DNA of 64,000 bases, taken from Vicugna vicugna (Eukaryota). Shown here one piece after another: positions 35,560 through 48,609 of the stretch (positions are counted from its first letter, which is position 1; every line of letters begins with the position of its first letter). The DNA is taken from the NCBI GenBank assembly GCA_013265495.1, contig MU061578.1:2489308-2553307 (forward strand). The letters run 5' to 3'. The position numbers were made by a program, and so were the translations under genes. The notes under the pieces were generated by a model that ran no database searches, was not told the origin of the DNA, and was given only the letters and a program-made list of their open reading frames with translations.

Positions 35560-36370
35560 CGCCCCTAAGACTGTCTAATGGTAATGGGGCCTGAGTGGAC
35601 ATTTCCTTGCAAACGAGGAACCCTTGGCTGGTGAGTAGCCGCCCCTCTGGGGTCAATCAGGAGAAGTTTCTCTGCGCTCCTCCCTGGAGCTAGAACAGAA
35701 AAAGCCGCCAGGTAGCTTTTTGCTCTCCAGAGAGTCCATTTAAGTGGCAAACAAGCTGGTGAAAAGCCATCTCAGGACTCAGTGTTGAGCAGGTAACAGC
35801 CACTTCCTCCAGCAAAAAAATTCAGTAAAAAGAAGAGTGTTTCTGCATCATCTGTAGCATCCCTGGAGAGAAGGCAGCCGGAAGGCTCTGTGCTAACCTG
35901 AGGAGCACCTCATACAGATCTTCCGTTACTGACAGCTACCCTGACAGCAGCTGCAAACACTAGGTCCAATTTGGGTTCAACGGAATTAGTACTTTTATCC
36001 GACGGTTTTAAATTATTTATTTCTTTCAAAAAAAATATATGTAGCAACCCTCCTGCTTACAGACGTTCTATATCAGATAAGGAATCTGGGGATGCTTCAC
36101 ATATCCCATGAAAGTCTGGGCCCCTGCAAGCTCTCTCAGGCACAGAGCAATCTAATTCGGGTGGGACCACCAAGCCCACGTGTGTCCTGAACGGAAGTGG
36201 GTGGGTTTGGCATCATTACTACTTCACTCATTAAGAATAGACTCACTTTAAGGAAAAATACATTTTTGAATTTCACTTGAATGTTAAATGGGTTTTTAAG
36301 GAGCAAGGAGGCTCAGAGGATTTCACTTTGGCGGTTTAAGTTTCATTGCTTTCCGGCAGCACTGCTACTG
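35560..36370. promoter_or_regulatory. Candidate conserved non-coding element/enhancer
   Basis: Repeat-free; TTAAGTGG, tandem TGACAG, AGATAA, CACGTG, CGGAAGTG and TAAT cores. Confidence 0.35.
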
Positions 36371-38019
36371 TTCTAGACCTCTTGTCCACCTGCCCCTCGC
36401 TCTCTTCTTCCAGGGATGAAATGAAGTCGAGGCAGCCAGCTGGTTTGTATCAGGGCCCATGAAAACACACAGCTCTGCCCTGGAGGATTTGGGGTTTGGG
36501 ATTCTGCTGACAGCAAAAAGTGTATCTCTAAGAGCTGTAGTGAGCTGACCCAAGTCTGCCAAGTCCCCCTCTCAGGGATGCAGCAGGAGGTTCCCAGATG
36601 AGCGGGGAGAGGTGGACAGTATTAGCCAGTGTAAGGTGGACATGGGTACACTCCACATATGCACACACTCCATGGAAGCCCTACTTGGCACTGTACCCAT
36701 TCCTGTGTAGCCCTCTGCTCTCCACAAACCTCACTCTGCTTAGCCATACCCATTTCCCATATTCAAAGAGAAAGGTTGTGGTCTCTCTTGTGTTTCTCTC
36801 TTTCTTGGGGACCATGATGAAGGAGGGGAGTCCCATGGTTGACTCTGCATTATGGTCCACTTGGATAAGTAGCATCATTGCACCCTCTTTTCCGGGAAGG
36901 TCATGATTGCGACAAGAAATTTTGGGGGCTGTGGCAGAGAAGAGATCCTATCGCTTAATACGTTTGGGGACCCAGTGTAGAAAATGCTGTTTGTGGGCCC
37001 TGGACCCCCTTTCCTCTCCAAACCTAGCTGCAGATTCTGATATGGGATATATTGAGGAGTGGTGCAATTAGGGAAGACAGTGATGGTGTTTGAGAGTATC
37101 AACTCTGCCCCCAGGAAAGCTTATAACTGAAAGTGCTTCATATTAAAAGCAGAGGGAGAGAACATTTTACACAAAATTCCAAGAGGCAAATTTATAAGGA
37201 AATGTGAAATCCAGCCATCACATCTTCTCAAAGACTCTGACAATCCTTTCCTCATAAATAAGATTTCATCACATTACACAAAAAAATCTAGTGACTGCAG
37301 GAGAATGCATTCAAGATAGAAAACTAATTTCACTTGGCTAGCAAAGAGATGTTTAATTTATTTACCCACTTGACCAAGATTTGTAGAGTGTCCACTGTGG
37401 GCAAGACAGTGTGTGAGAAATCCAGATGGATCAGATTCTGATCCTCATGGAAATGATGCTCTATCAGCAGAAACAAGACACGAGCAAATAATTTCAAAAC
37501 ATCATTCAGTAGGAAATGAAGTTGCCAGGATGGAGATAAAGATGTTTCATGCCATCATCTCATGGGAGTAAAAGGCAAAACCAGACCTGGGGAAAGTTCG
37601 TCAGAATTCTAACCTGCCTGATGCAGGCATCAACAACCCCAAAGACATCCTGAACCTCCATGAAATGGGATTTTGCACAGACTGTATTTTTAGAAGTCTC
37701 TCATTCCTTTTTGCAGTCCTGATTTGGCACAGAGAGATGTACACCTCTTACTCTCCAGATTAAAGAAACACAGTTGGAACTTCAAGTATATGATAGAAGC
37801 CCTAAATGGAAGAGTCAAAGACCACAATGGCTTCATGTGACCCTGTGCCTTAAATGCTGAATGCACACACAGCCAGGGAAGAAAAAAGTGATTCAGGGCA
37901 TGGCCACTCCCTCATTCCCAGAGGAACCAGACAGGTGGTCCTTGGCATATACCTAGGGATACAGCTGGTCCACACTGAGTCCAGGCTGCCACTGGACAAG
38001 GCATGTTTTCACTGCAGGT

Positions 38020-38450
38020 CATTTTCTGATGGCTTTCGCCATCATTTTTTCAGCCCTGTTCCTGGGGAGTTGTGATTAGCAGGGGTTATTGCCGCCCCAC
38101 TTCACAGATATGGGAACATACCCTCATTTCCTACCTGGCAGGCAGCACAGTGCACTGGATGGGACAACGGACTCTGGCCTAAGACTGCCTGGGTTCAAGA
38201 CCCAGCTCCACCACTTAGTAGCTGTGGGGTCTTGACAAGTTGCTTAACCTCTCTGTGCCCCGTCCCCTGATTCTGCCTCACAGAATTGCCAGAAATGTAA
38301 AGCACTGAAATTAGCATATGGCAATGTAAAACTTCTCCATAAATGCGAGCTATTATTACCCACCAGATAGGTTAAGCTGCTTTCCAAGTCCACATAAGGT
38401 AGTGGTAGGCTTAGAAAACAATCCAGGTTTCATATTGTCCAATTTACTGG
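38020..38450. mobile_element. MIR (+) at ~38140-38358 flanked by antisense MIR pieces
   Basis: gactgcctgggttcaagacccagctccaccacttagtagctgtgg...cttaacctctctgtgcc; flanks cccacttcacagatatgggaac and ggttaagctgctttccaagtccaca. Confidence 0.8.
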
Positions 38451-38488
38451 ATTTTTATTGAATTCTGTTGCTTCTTTTCTATACTCTT

Positions 38489-39393
38489 TTTAAATTTTTT
38501 AATTGAAGTATAGTTGATTTACAATGTTGTGTTAGTTTCTGGTGTACATTCATTTATATACATATTCTTTTTCATTATAGGTTATTACAAGATATTGAAT
38601 ATAGTATCCTGTGCTATACAGTAGGAACTTGTTGTTTATTTTATATATAGTAGTACGTATCTGCTAATCCCAAACTCCTAATTTATCTCTCCCCAACCTT
38701 TTCCCCTTCGGTAACCATAAGTTTGTTTTCTATGTCTGTGAGTCTGTTTCTGTTTCATAAATAAGTTCATTTGTATCATTTTTTAGATCCCACACATAAG
38801 TGATAACATATGATATTTGTCTTTTCTCTGTCTGACTTACTTCTCTTAGAATGATAATCTCTAGGTCCATTCATGTTGCTGCAAATGGCATTTTTCGTTC
38901 TTTTTATGGTTGAGTAGTATTCTACTGTATATATATACCACAACTTCTTTATCCATTCATCTGTTGGTGGACATTTAGGTTGCTTCTATGTCTTGGCTAT
39001 TGTAAATAGTGCTGCTATGAAACTTAGAGTGCATGTATCTTTTCTAATTAGTGTTTTCTCTGGATATATGACCAGGAATGGGATTGCTGGATCACATGGC
39101 AACTCCATTTTTAGTTTTTTAAGGAATCTCATTACTGTTTTCCATAGTGGCTGCACCAAACTACATTCCCTCCAACAATGTAGGAAGGTTCCCTTTTCTC
39201 CACACCCTCTTCAGCATTTATTATTTGTGGATTTTTTTAATGATGCCCATTCTGACCGGTGTGAGGTGATACCTCATTGTAGTTCTGATTTGCATTTCTC
39301 TAATAATTAGCGATATTAAGCATCTTTTCAAGTGACTATTGGTCATCTGTATGTCTTCTCTGGAGAAGTGTCTGTTCAGGTCTTCGGCCCACT
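38489..39393 (-). mobile_element. 5'-truncated L1 (ORF2 C-terminal remnant + 3'UTR), cetartiodactyl type
   Basis: Minus-strand ORF 39221-39475 contains [18 protein letters not shown]...[21 protein letters not shown] (L1 ORF2); degenerate TSD ttttctatactctt/ttttctgtcctctt. Confidence 0.95.
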
Positions 39394-39479
39394 TTTTCTG
39401 TCCTCTTGTAGAGGGATATGGTAAACTCCCTCTCCCATGCACAAGATCAGCCACGCTTATACAACATAAAGGCACTTTC

Positions 39480-39878
39480 TGACCATAGCTGCTTTGTCAC
39501 CTGACCCAAGCTGAACCGATCAGATTCCTTTTCCTAGGAATTTGGAGTTGAAACAAGAGTCCAGTCTTTTTGGCTGCTGTCTTGAACAGGGGCCATGAGA
39601 ACTTGCGAGCTGTTGGTGGCAGCTGTTTCTTGTCATGTAGACAGGGAAATAAAGCAAGCCAGCCTTCAATGAGAGAGGAAAATGTGCTCGGTGTACAGAG
39701 AGGGGCAGAGATGCAAAGCAGAGGGAGAGAGGAGCTGCACTGATTCCTTGGACCCAGCTGGCTCCCTGATTTTAGGGTTCCTGACATGCCCCCTGTAGTC
39801 ACAACAAAGCCTGCTCTTTCTTTAGGCTGCCACAATCTGGTTTCTATAATTGCAACCAAAGAATCCTAAGGCATACAA
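39480..39878 (+). mobile_element. MaLR LTR, MLT1J/K-like
   Basis: tgacccaagctgaaccgatcagattcc...ggtttctataattgcaaccaaagaatcctaaggcataca. Confidence 0.75.
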
Positions 39879-40094
39879 GGAGATGCCTACCTACTTGTGT
39901 CTGCCCAGCTCAAGAGTCACAAGGATCAGGAAATGAGAGTTTGAGCACCAAACAGTAGCAGATGCCTGGGAACCTCTCTGGACATCAGTCTCTTGTTCCC
40001 CTGCCTTATGGTGTCATTAGAAACACCCTGAGAATCCTGGAAGAAATATTAGTGTGGTGAAAGAATATGAAAATAAAAGTCTGACAGTCTGAGG

Positions 40095-40295
40095 AGGCAT
40101 TGTGATCTAGTGGAAAGGGCATGAGTACTGGAATAAAACATATCTGCTGTGTGACCTCGGAAAAGTTACTTAACCTCTCTGGGCTTCAATGTCTCATTTG
40201 GTAAAGGATAAGGTGTCTAGGAGGTTGAAGAGATTAAGGAATATGAATTTCCTGTATATGTTTGGCATGCATTAAATAATAACTGCTGTTATTAT
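40095..40295 (+). mobile_element. MIR SINE
   Basis: gctgtgtgacctcggaaaagttacttaacctctctgggcttca. Confidence 0.8.
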
Positions 40296-41423
40296 AGGCT
40301 ATAACTATTTATTATCTTAATATATTATAAATAAAATTAACATCCCCAAGTGTTATTTCACTACATATAAACCTACACATGCATAATAAATCATTGTTAT
40401 TAATATGGTGTGGAATATCCAACTAACACTTAGGAAAAGCAAAAGCATTGCTCAGGGAACATTTTAGCCAAATCTGTTTTTAAAAAAATCAAGCAGCAGG
40501 GCATCACAGCCTCAGCAGATGCCACATGTCGCTAAGCCTCCTTGAATAACATTAAAAAATTCTTGGATTCTTGGACAGAGAAGAGGGGAGGGAATGAGGT
40601 CGGGAAGCATGTAACTCCATCCCCCAGCAGCTTTCTCCCGTGCTGGCGTGGGGTTCCCAAAACTGTGGAGGGTGAAGGGTCGCACCCTCGGCATAGCCTG
40701 CCTACCCTATACCTTAGCAGATGTTACTACTCACTCATGATGTTTTTCCTGCTAAACCTGGATAGTCCCACAGAGTCCTGCATGCAGTGACCTGGGCAAC
40801 TAGGAGCAGTTAGCCCGAGTTGCCCTGCCCGAGTACACTGATTTGCTAAGCCTGTCCTAGGGAATAAGAAATATCCTGAAGCCATCTGCCTTCAGGGGCC
40901 AGAAAATCAGGGCAGATATCAAGAGGGCTATTTTTCTGCAGTCTTGAACATATTCTCTATGTCTGACTCTTACTCAGATTAGCCTAAGTCAAATAAAAGA
41001 GTAAGAACTCTTCATTCTGTGGATGATCCTTGGACATAATGGAGTCTTGTTTTCTATGTCTCTTGAAAGCCACTCTGTAAGCCAATGCAGTGTTAGTTCT
41101 ACCTAAACACAGAACAAAAGTATGGAATGGCCTCCGGAAGCCCTTGCCAGCCTGAACTGAATGGGCTCCAATTATCTGGTAATATGGTCCACTCTGATCC
41201 CAGGATCAGATGGAATCCTCCATAATCAAAACCTAGATATAGTCATGTTTAAAGCACCCTCTTACGTCAACAGTTTTATCTTCACCCCCACCTTCAAAAA
41301 TTAAGACAGACTTTGCAAATCGCTTCACTGAAAGCTAAAGTGAACAGCTCCTCCCCTTCCCACTGTGCTCTTACCTGCAGACAACAGAGATACTGTGGGA
41401 CAGAGAGAATAGCCTACGTGAGT

Positions 41424-41790
41424 CTGGTGGATACTGTGATGCTCCATCCAGATCCTCTTTCAGTAACGAGCATCTTACTCCTTGGCGTGCTGGGAGAAGT
41501 GCCAGCAGAAAGCCTCGAGCCATTAGCCCCTATCAGGAATTACTTCAGTTGAAGAGTCCAGACCTGCCAAAGGTAGGGGCAACCCAAATCCAGTGACTGC
41601 GGTTATGGGGTTACAAGAGCCAGGCTCCTGGTGCCAGTGGGGGACACCTCTCAAGCTCCATCCTGGCTTCAGAGCACCCCAACACAACCCCACCTCTCCC
41701 TCTGCCCACCCCCACTTCTGCTTCTGGCCCCCTCTTTCCTGATCCTCATGAACACTAACCATCTTATTGGCATCCCAGGCAACAGTATGA
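41424..41790 (+). mobile_element. ERVL LTR16-family LTR
   Basis: tggtggatactgtgatgctccatccagatcc...ccaaatccagtgactg...cttcagagcacccc...ctccctctgcccacccccacttc. Confidence 0.65.
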
Positions 41791-42854
41791 GTGGCAGGAG
41801 AGAAAAGTAACAGGCCAACCAACTGTTAAAATCCTACTTGAGCGCAGGGTATTTGGCTATTCTTATGCCTTTACTTCTCACACGATCATACCCTTTGCAC
41901 AGATGGGGCTCAGAAAGATTAGATAAACTATCCAAGGCTGTGCGGCCAGCTCAACCTTGTTCCATTGCCCCACACTGATAAACTACACATTCCTTCAGCA
42001 AACTCTGGGTAACTGGGACATGCATGGATAAGTCATAGTACATGTGATTTGGCCAAAATTAGATGGTGTAACTTTCAGCGCAATTCAGCAGAGGTTCACT
42101 GAGCCCTTAACAGTGTGCTAAGAAATTCAGCAAATGAGAGAGAAAGAGAGTCATTCCCCAGCTGCTTAGTTTCTCAGCAATTGGTGAATACTGAATACCT
42201 ACTAAGTAAAAAGCACACGGTAGGGAAGAAAGGCTACAGGACAAGCAAATGCATAAAGTTTAAGGTGGCCAGTGGACCAGAGCCAGACCAGACAGACAAA
42301 GAGGCATCAGGTCCCCAGGACAGTAAGAACTAGTTGATTTCTCCTTCTTTTTCTTTGAATTGCCTGAGAAATGGGAATTGTGGAGCCCATTATTATTTGG
42401 GTAATAATACCCAGGAAACCTCTCAGGGTTGTCAGAGAAATGCAGTTTATTTTGTAAACTACTGAGAGGTGTTTGAACAAAAGGTGATGCCCATTCTGAG
42501 CAAGCCAGGCTATTGTAGGTCCAGAAGATCACAAGAGCCAAAACCTTCCTGCCAAAACCAGGCCGGATGCAACCTGAGACGGGGGAAGAATGATGTATGA
42601 AAGAACCAATTTCACTAGATGAGTCTCTGAGCTGCTCAAAGCCACAACCATCAAGGGAAGGAGGACAGAACAACATCAGGACAGATTTGCACGGCCCAGG
42701 GTGAATGGCCCTCGGGCACAGAGAGGTAGCAAAAGCCACAGGGATGGGCGCAGAGGGACTTGGAGCAACAGCCCACAGAGCGCCTGGCATCTGTGGAACC
42801 TTCACCAGGACCCAGAAGGGGAAGCTTGGGTTTCTGCTCCCACAATGTTTCCTC

Positions 42855-43200
42855 TGGGGTTGCTCAGGGGAACAGTAATGGGGGACTCCTTTGTAGTGAT
42901 GGGCTGTTCTGTATCTTGGTAGTTACATAGGCCTATACACGGGAGAAAACTGCATGAACTACACACACACACACACACACACATACACTTCCGAGTGCGT
43001 GCAAAACTGGAGAAAACTGAATAGGGTCTGTAGTTTAGCCTATAGATTGTACCAGTGTCAGTTTCCTGGTTGTGACACTGTGCTACATACAAGCTGTCCC
43101 CACTGGGCAAAGCTGGGGGAAGGGATCACTGGACTCTATTTACTATTGTTGCCTTCCTGCAAGTCTATAATTATTTCAAAATAAAAACTTTTTTTAAAAA
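42855..43200 (+). mobile_element. L1MB/MC-type 3' end with (CA)n
   Basis: gtgatgggctgttctgtatcttg...gattgtaccagtgtcagtttcctggttgtga...tctataattatttcaaaataaaaa. Confidence 0.8.
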
Positions 43201-43213
43201 ATGCTCCTCGTTG

Positions 43214-43305
43214 TCCTTCCCCCTCCTCCTTCTCCCCCTCCTCCTCTTCCCCCTCCTTTTCCTCTTTTCTCTCTCCCTCTCTCTCTCTCTCTTCCCTTCC
43301 CTCTC
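43214..43305 (+). repeat. 92-nt pure polypyrimidine tract
   Basis: Only C/T from 43214 to 43305. Confidence 0.95.
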
Positions 43306-43519
43306 ACTACTGAGGACAACTTGACTACATCCCCAGGATAAAAAGGCCTCAGTGGATTAGAACAATTATCCTGTTCAGTACTTAGCTGTGGCCGCCTACA
43401 TCGTGTTACAGGGATGAGTGATTATTACACTGGGCTGTCTTCTATAAGAATTTAAGATACATTTCTTCACACTTTGATCTCCCCCACATTATTTGCAGGC
43501 CTTGTCAGAACCTTGATCC

Positions 43520-44500
43520 GTTGGCAAATGGATTCACATTTTAAGTTTCTTTACACAAACATCTATATAAATTTACATGAATGGTTAAATGCAATCATAT
43601 CATACATATCAAGTTTATTTTTTCATGTGGCCTTTTCTTTTGCCTTTTTATTTGTGAATTCCCCCACCCTTTCTCCAACCCACCCCCCAACTATTTCACA
43701 GCACAACCTAGAATGCATTGCTCCAACTTTTTCTCTATTCTCAAATAACTATCAATAAGTACATATATCCTTTGTACATGTACATACATGGTTGCTTTTA
43801 TCTTCATTAAAATAGGATGTTCTATATACCTTTCAGCTCCTTTGCTCACTCAGCAGTACTTCACGGATATCCTGTCAACCCCACTGGTATTTCTCTGATT
43901 CATTCTTTTCAATGGCAGAAAATTTTCCCTAATTCATTCATTAATTCAACCATTCCTCCACAGATGATCTTTACAGTTTCTCCCTCCCTCTCTGCCTCTA
44001 CAAACAATGCCATATTAAACATCCTTCGACATACATTCTCGCTTATGTCTTCAGTTCCACGAGCTGGATTTCCAGGAGTAAGATAGTTCAGTTGATTGGT
44101 TCATGTATTTTAATTTTAACTAAAGGTTACAGCGTGCTTTTCAAGGAAATCTTTCACCTCCTCACAGCAGAGTTTGGACATCCTTTTCCCGCATTCCCAC
44201 CAGCAGCAGGCATTCTGACTCTATATGTTCTGGACCTTCAGAAAGACGTAAATTGATACTGGGTTTCAGTTCCCGCATCACTATGAGCATGTTTGTGTGT
44301 CTCTTGGCCATTTGAATTTGCTCATCTGTCAACTGCCTCTTCCTGTCCATTTTTCTAGTCAGTTTCTTAAGCTCACCTGGATGACTTGTAAGATTCCTTT
44401 GCATATTCTTCGCATAATATTTTCCAAGTCTATGATTCATCTGTTGACTTTATTTATGATATGTTTTGCCATTCAGATGTCTTTTTGAATCATTAAGAAC
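43520..44500 (-). mobile_element. Ancient L1ME-type 3' fragment
   Basis: tacaaacaatgccatattaaacatcctt...ttggccatttgaatttgctcatctgtcaactgcctcttcctgtccattttt. Confidence 0.7.
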
Positions 44501-45079
44501 TGAATCTGCCTGACTCTTCTTGTAAGTATGAGGCGGGGCAGGGAGGAATCTTCCTTCTTAGGTTCACTGGGGGAAGGAGCCTCACTCCACTCTCCCTCCA
44601 GGGCTTCACTTCTCTCCTCAGGACCAAGCTCTTTCCAGGGCCCACTGCATTCTGAGCTCTCCCCATTCTCTCAAAGCCAAAGGCCACACTTGCATCCAGC
44701 TACTCCCAGCGCCCTGCAGCCACGGCTCAAGAGGCTGACGGATTAGAGTTGATAGTGCAGGAGAAAGAAGCCATTTTTTAATTTAAGGAAAAGGTAGATG
44801 CAAAGTCTGTATGCAGTGTGTGTGTGTGTGTGTTTGTGTGATGAATTCACCAAAAATCTTCAGTGTTCTGTTTAAATGTCTTCCAGAAGAATGGAACTGT
44901 GCATATTGCAGGGTTTCTATTTTCCTTACTATTCCCTGGTTATGTAAGGCAACCAAACCACATTAACCAAAGGCAGAACATAAACCTACCTCATTTATTT
45001 AAATCCACCTCATTGCCCCAACCTGGATTTGTGCCGATATAGGGACGACTCTGGTCAAATCAGGCCCGGCGTGTTCATT

Positions 45080-45618
45080 TGCTAAGGCTACGTCATAAAT
45101 TCCCACAATCCTGGCAGCTTAAAGCAGCACCCAGAGATCATCTCACAGGTTGGGAGTCCAATGGCCTCCGCTCAGGGTCTTCCAGGCCAAAGTCACAGGA
45201 TTTGCTGACCTGGACTTGCATCTGGAGGAACTGGAGAAGATTCGGCAGCCCAGCTCACGCAGGCTGTTGTTCCTTGTGTCTGTAGGACTGAGGTCCCCAT
45301 TTCCTAGGTAGCTATTGGCCAGGGGTCCCTTTCTGCTCCAAAAGGCCACCAGTACTAATCCTCAAGCAGCCTCTCCACCTTCAAACTGGCAGCAGCACTG
45401 AGTCCTTCCCACACTTCAGGCCCCTTAGTTCCCCTTCTAACTCCTGCCAGAGAACGTTCTCTGTTGTTAAGGGCTCCTGGGATTAGAATAGGCCAAGAAG
45501 GAACTGTGCCGTATAACAGATCACAGTCATGGGGGTGATAACTCTTTACAAGCACAGGTTCTAGGAATCAGGGAGTGTGGAGTCTTGGAGACCATTCCTA
45601 GAAATTTTGCTGACCACA
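45080..45618 (-). mobile_element. MaLR LTR, MLT1E-like
   Basis: tgtaggactgaggtccccatttcct...ccagagaacgttctctgttgttaagggctc...ttcctagaaattttgctgaccaca. Confidence 0.75.
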
Positions 45619-46789
45619 CCAGGGAACCAGGACACGCCCTGAGAAATCAGCTGGGCTCTGGTGAGCTGGTCCTTCATTGCCCCAGGCTGGTTTCTCTCTG
45701 AGGTGTCTCCATTGCCTTGCTTTCTCTGGCCCTGCAGGACCCGCACACGACTCAGACCTCAGCAAGATGCTCTCCTGACTGCCTGCACCCCAAGTCTGGG
45801 GGCTAATCCTTCCCATATTGTTTGCCTGCAACACTGTACAGTTGATGGTTTCTGCATCTCCTCCATAGACTAGGCTCTTTCTTCTTTGCTAATAGAGACA
45901 TAGCCCTACTGTAAGTTCTCCGTAAATAGTGTGGGAGGAAGGAAGGGGCAAGGAAGGGATGGGAGGAGGGCGTAAAGGGAGAGGGAATTATGGGAGAAAG
46001 GATGGAAGGGAGGGAAGAGCGAGCAGAGAAAAGAGGTATAAGAGGAACCCATCCTTAGCCCATAACATTTGTAACTAACTGGTTTAGCTTTCCACTCACA
46101 GGCAAGGCCTGAGCATCCTCTGACAGCCTCTCCCTCTCTCTGTACATTTTAACACCAGCAGAAATCTCTCTCAAATTCATCTCCTGGCCTCTGGTCTCAA
46201 TGTTTTGGTCTTTCCCAATCTCACTTAATCATTACTTTTGGCTTTATCACGTCAGACCTGACGCCTCACACTGTGTCCCTGTTCCACCACCTTCTCCTAG
46301 GAAGCTGCTTCCCGCTTTGTGACCCACTGATACCTGTGGGCCTACACTGCCTCATTCCCAGACATCACCCAAGGGCAGACCCCAGCCCACTCACCCCACC
46401 CCATCTGCCTTGTTATAGTTCCCCAACATCAGCATCATAAACGGATAACATCTACTATGTTTGCCATTATACTGTTGGCCATTAACTATTCCTGCATTTT
46501 TAACTGGGCCTAAAAGAAGATTTCAATGCAGTGAGATCATGGGGCACATTCTAGGACATTTCTGCATATTTTACTGATCTTAGTCAGGGGATATCTGAAG
46601 ACACATTCATGCCTATGGACCTGTCCATTCAACATACATTTATTAAGTGCCTGCTGCATTCCAAACAGGCAGACCTCCTGCAAATGGCAGTTGTCACCAG
46701 ATTCAACCTGAAAACATCTTGCAAATAAGTGTCCTACCAGGACCAGCCCACGCATACCCACCTGTGCTCTGTTGTGGTATTTGCCTCAT

Positions 46790-47260
46790 CTCAAGCCAGG
46801 AATGCAAATGCTGTGATTGATGAGCCTTGTCCAGAAGCCACACACCAGGTGGAGGGTGGGCACTTCATCAACTCCATTCTTAATTCTCACCATGCTCTTT
46901 CACCACCAAAATCTTAATTCATTGTCAGAAATGTGCTTTCTACCCTCAGTGGAAGAAATAATGACTTTGTCAATCACTCCTCTTTTGCTGGACTTAACTG
47001 AATTACCTAAAATGTCAAGATAATGTCTCCCCAGCCTGTCTTCACTATGGTACCAGCTTCTTCTCATTAAATTATGTTTGGATACATTGATTTCCTTCAA
47101 CAGGGAGTAATGGAATCCTGCCAAAAATTAACACTAATCTACTAATCCAGTAAGAATAAAATATGTGACTGATTTAATCTTAATTAACAGTTCACAAAAG
47201 GCTGCTTCATGTCAGGTGGCATATGCATCTTAATTACCCAACAGTGCTATTACTGTTTGC
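46790..47260. promoter_or_regulatory. Candidate homeodomain/TALE-rich enhancer
   Basis: TCTTAATT x4, TAATCY x3, TGTCA x4, TGATTTAA, CATATG/CAGGTG; repeat-free. Confidence 0.45.
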
Positions 47261-47454
47261 AAGATGAGGTAGGGGTCTTTGAGAATTCTGCAGGGTTGGT
47301 TGTGTGTTTTTTTCTTTTGTTCTAAAGAATCTTTCTCCTTGCTTCCCCTCCATCATTGTGGTTGTCAGTACATTAGGTTTATATGCAAAAATTTTTTATG
47401 ACTGGTCTCTCTCCTACAAGTCATCCCCTTGACTTCATCTGAAAGTGATACAGT

Positions 47455-47800
47455 CTATCAGATGGGATAGGCTGGGTTATGCTGCAATAACGAACATCAC
47501 TCAAATTTTAATAGCCATAAAAAATTTATTCATGATGGGTCAGTTGGAGCCATTGGTTCACTCTGTCCTCACAACAGAAGCTGGATCTACAGAGCATCTT
47601 AAACATTGTTGCTACTTGCCATGGCAGTGGGAAAGAGAATATGGGAAAGTGTGCAAAGTCTCTTAAACCTTCTGCTCATTTTCCACCAGCCAAAGCAAGT
47701 TACTTGGTCCTATCTACACTCAAATGGGAGGAAGGAACTTCAGTCCAACCGTGGCCCCAAAAGAGGAGACAAAGATAAAATCTCAAAGACAACCACAGAA
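47455..47800 (-). mobile_element. MaLR LTR, MLT1J-like
   Basis: gataggctgggttatgctgcaataacgaaca...ccagccaaagcaagttacttggtc. Confidence 0.65.
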
Positions 47801-47849
47801 AAATGACACATTACAACCAGGGGAACAGTGATAAGTGTTATAAGAGACT

Positions 47850-48090
47850 TCTAATTAGAAACCATGCAATCCAGAAGAAAATGGAGACATAATTTAAAAT
47901 GCTAAAAGAAAAAAGAACTGCCAACTCAGAATTCTATACCCCATGAAAGTATCTTTCAAAAGTGAAAGTTTCTAGTCCAGCATGGAAGGAATTTGAAAGT
48001 CATCACTTCCTTCCAGACAACAAAAGGGGGTAAAAAAGAGCTGAAAATCAACAACTCTTTTTAGCTCCAACAGAGAGAACTGAGGTCAAA
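47850..48090 (+). mobile_element. Old L1 ORF1 fragment plus L1 5'-end-like piece
   Basis: gaaaccatgcaatccagaagaaaatgg...tgctaaaagaaaaaagaactgccaactcagaattctatacc resembles ORF1 ETMxARRQW...LKEKNCQPRILYP. Confidence 0.7.
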
Positions 48091-48129
48091 AGAAGAGAAA
48101 CAGAATATAAACAGCACTAATGACAAACT

Positions 48130-48340
48130 ATAATGTAGAGGCTAAGAACAGGGTCTCTGGAGTCAGGTTCCCTGCATGTAAACCCCAGCTCTGTCACACA
48201 CAAATGTGTGACTTAGAAAAACGACACCCTTCCAGAGCCTCAGTGTCCTCTCCTGTAAAATGGAAACCACAAGTGTCCAGGGGGTGGTGGGAGGATTCGA
48301 TGAGATAATGAACACAAGAGACTAGAACAGAGCAAAGGCC
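48130..48340 (+). mobile_element. MIR SINE
   Basis: gctaagaacagggtctctggagtcag...gcctcagtgtcctctcctgtaaaatgg...gaggattcgatgagataat. Confidence 0.85.
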
Positions 48341-48609
48341 TCATGTCAACTTGTTTAAAGAGACAAGCAGGTGTTTCCCAGGGAGAGTTAAAATTCAGCC
48401 CTGCCCTGGTTAGCCACAATCCAGCCTCCCATTTCTGAGATGTTCCAGAGAAATCCCCCTATTTTCCACAATCAATGCATTTCAGCTCCTAGCTCTGCCA
48501 GGGTGATCCCTAAGGACACACACGCACGCACATGTGAACACTTGGCATTTCACTTTCTGAGTGCCCAGAAGGCCTATCTATGATGCCCTTTGCCCTTGGA
48601 ATGAACAAA

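Noticed and set aside
36638..36703. Inverted repeat atgggtaca...tgtacccat (pre-miRNA or MITE?)
   Set aside because: Only a 9-bp core stem with a ~41-nt loop; too weak to call.
38993..39475. ORFs of 105 aa (+) and 84 aa (-)
   Set aside because: Antisense and sense readings of the same L1 3' fragment.
42260..42805. 181-aa minus-strand ORF
   Set aside because: No homology recognised, non-ATG start, and consistent with a chance ORF.
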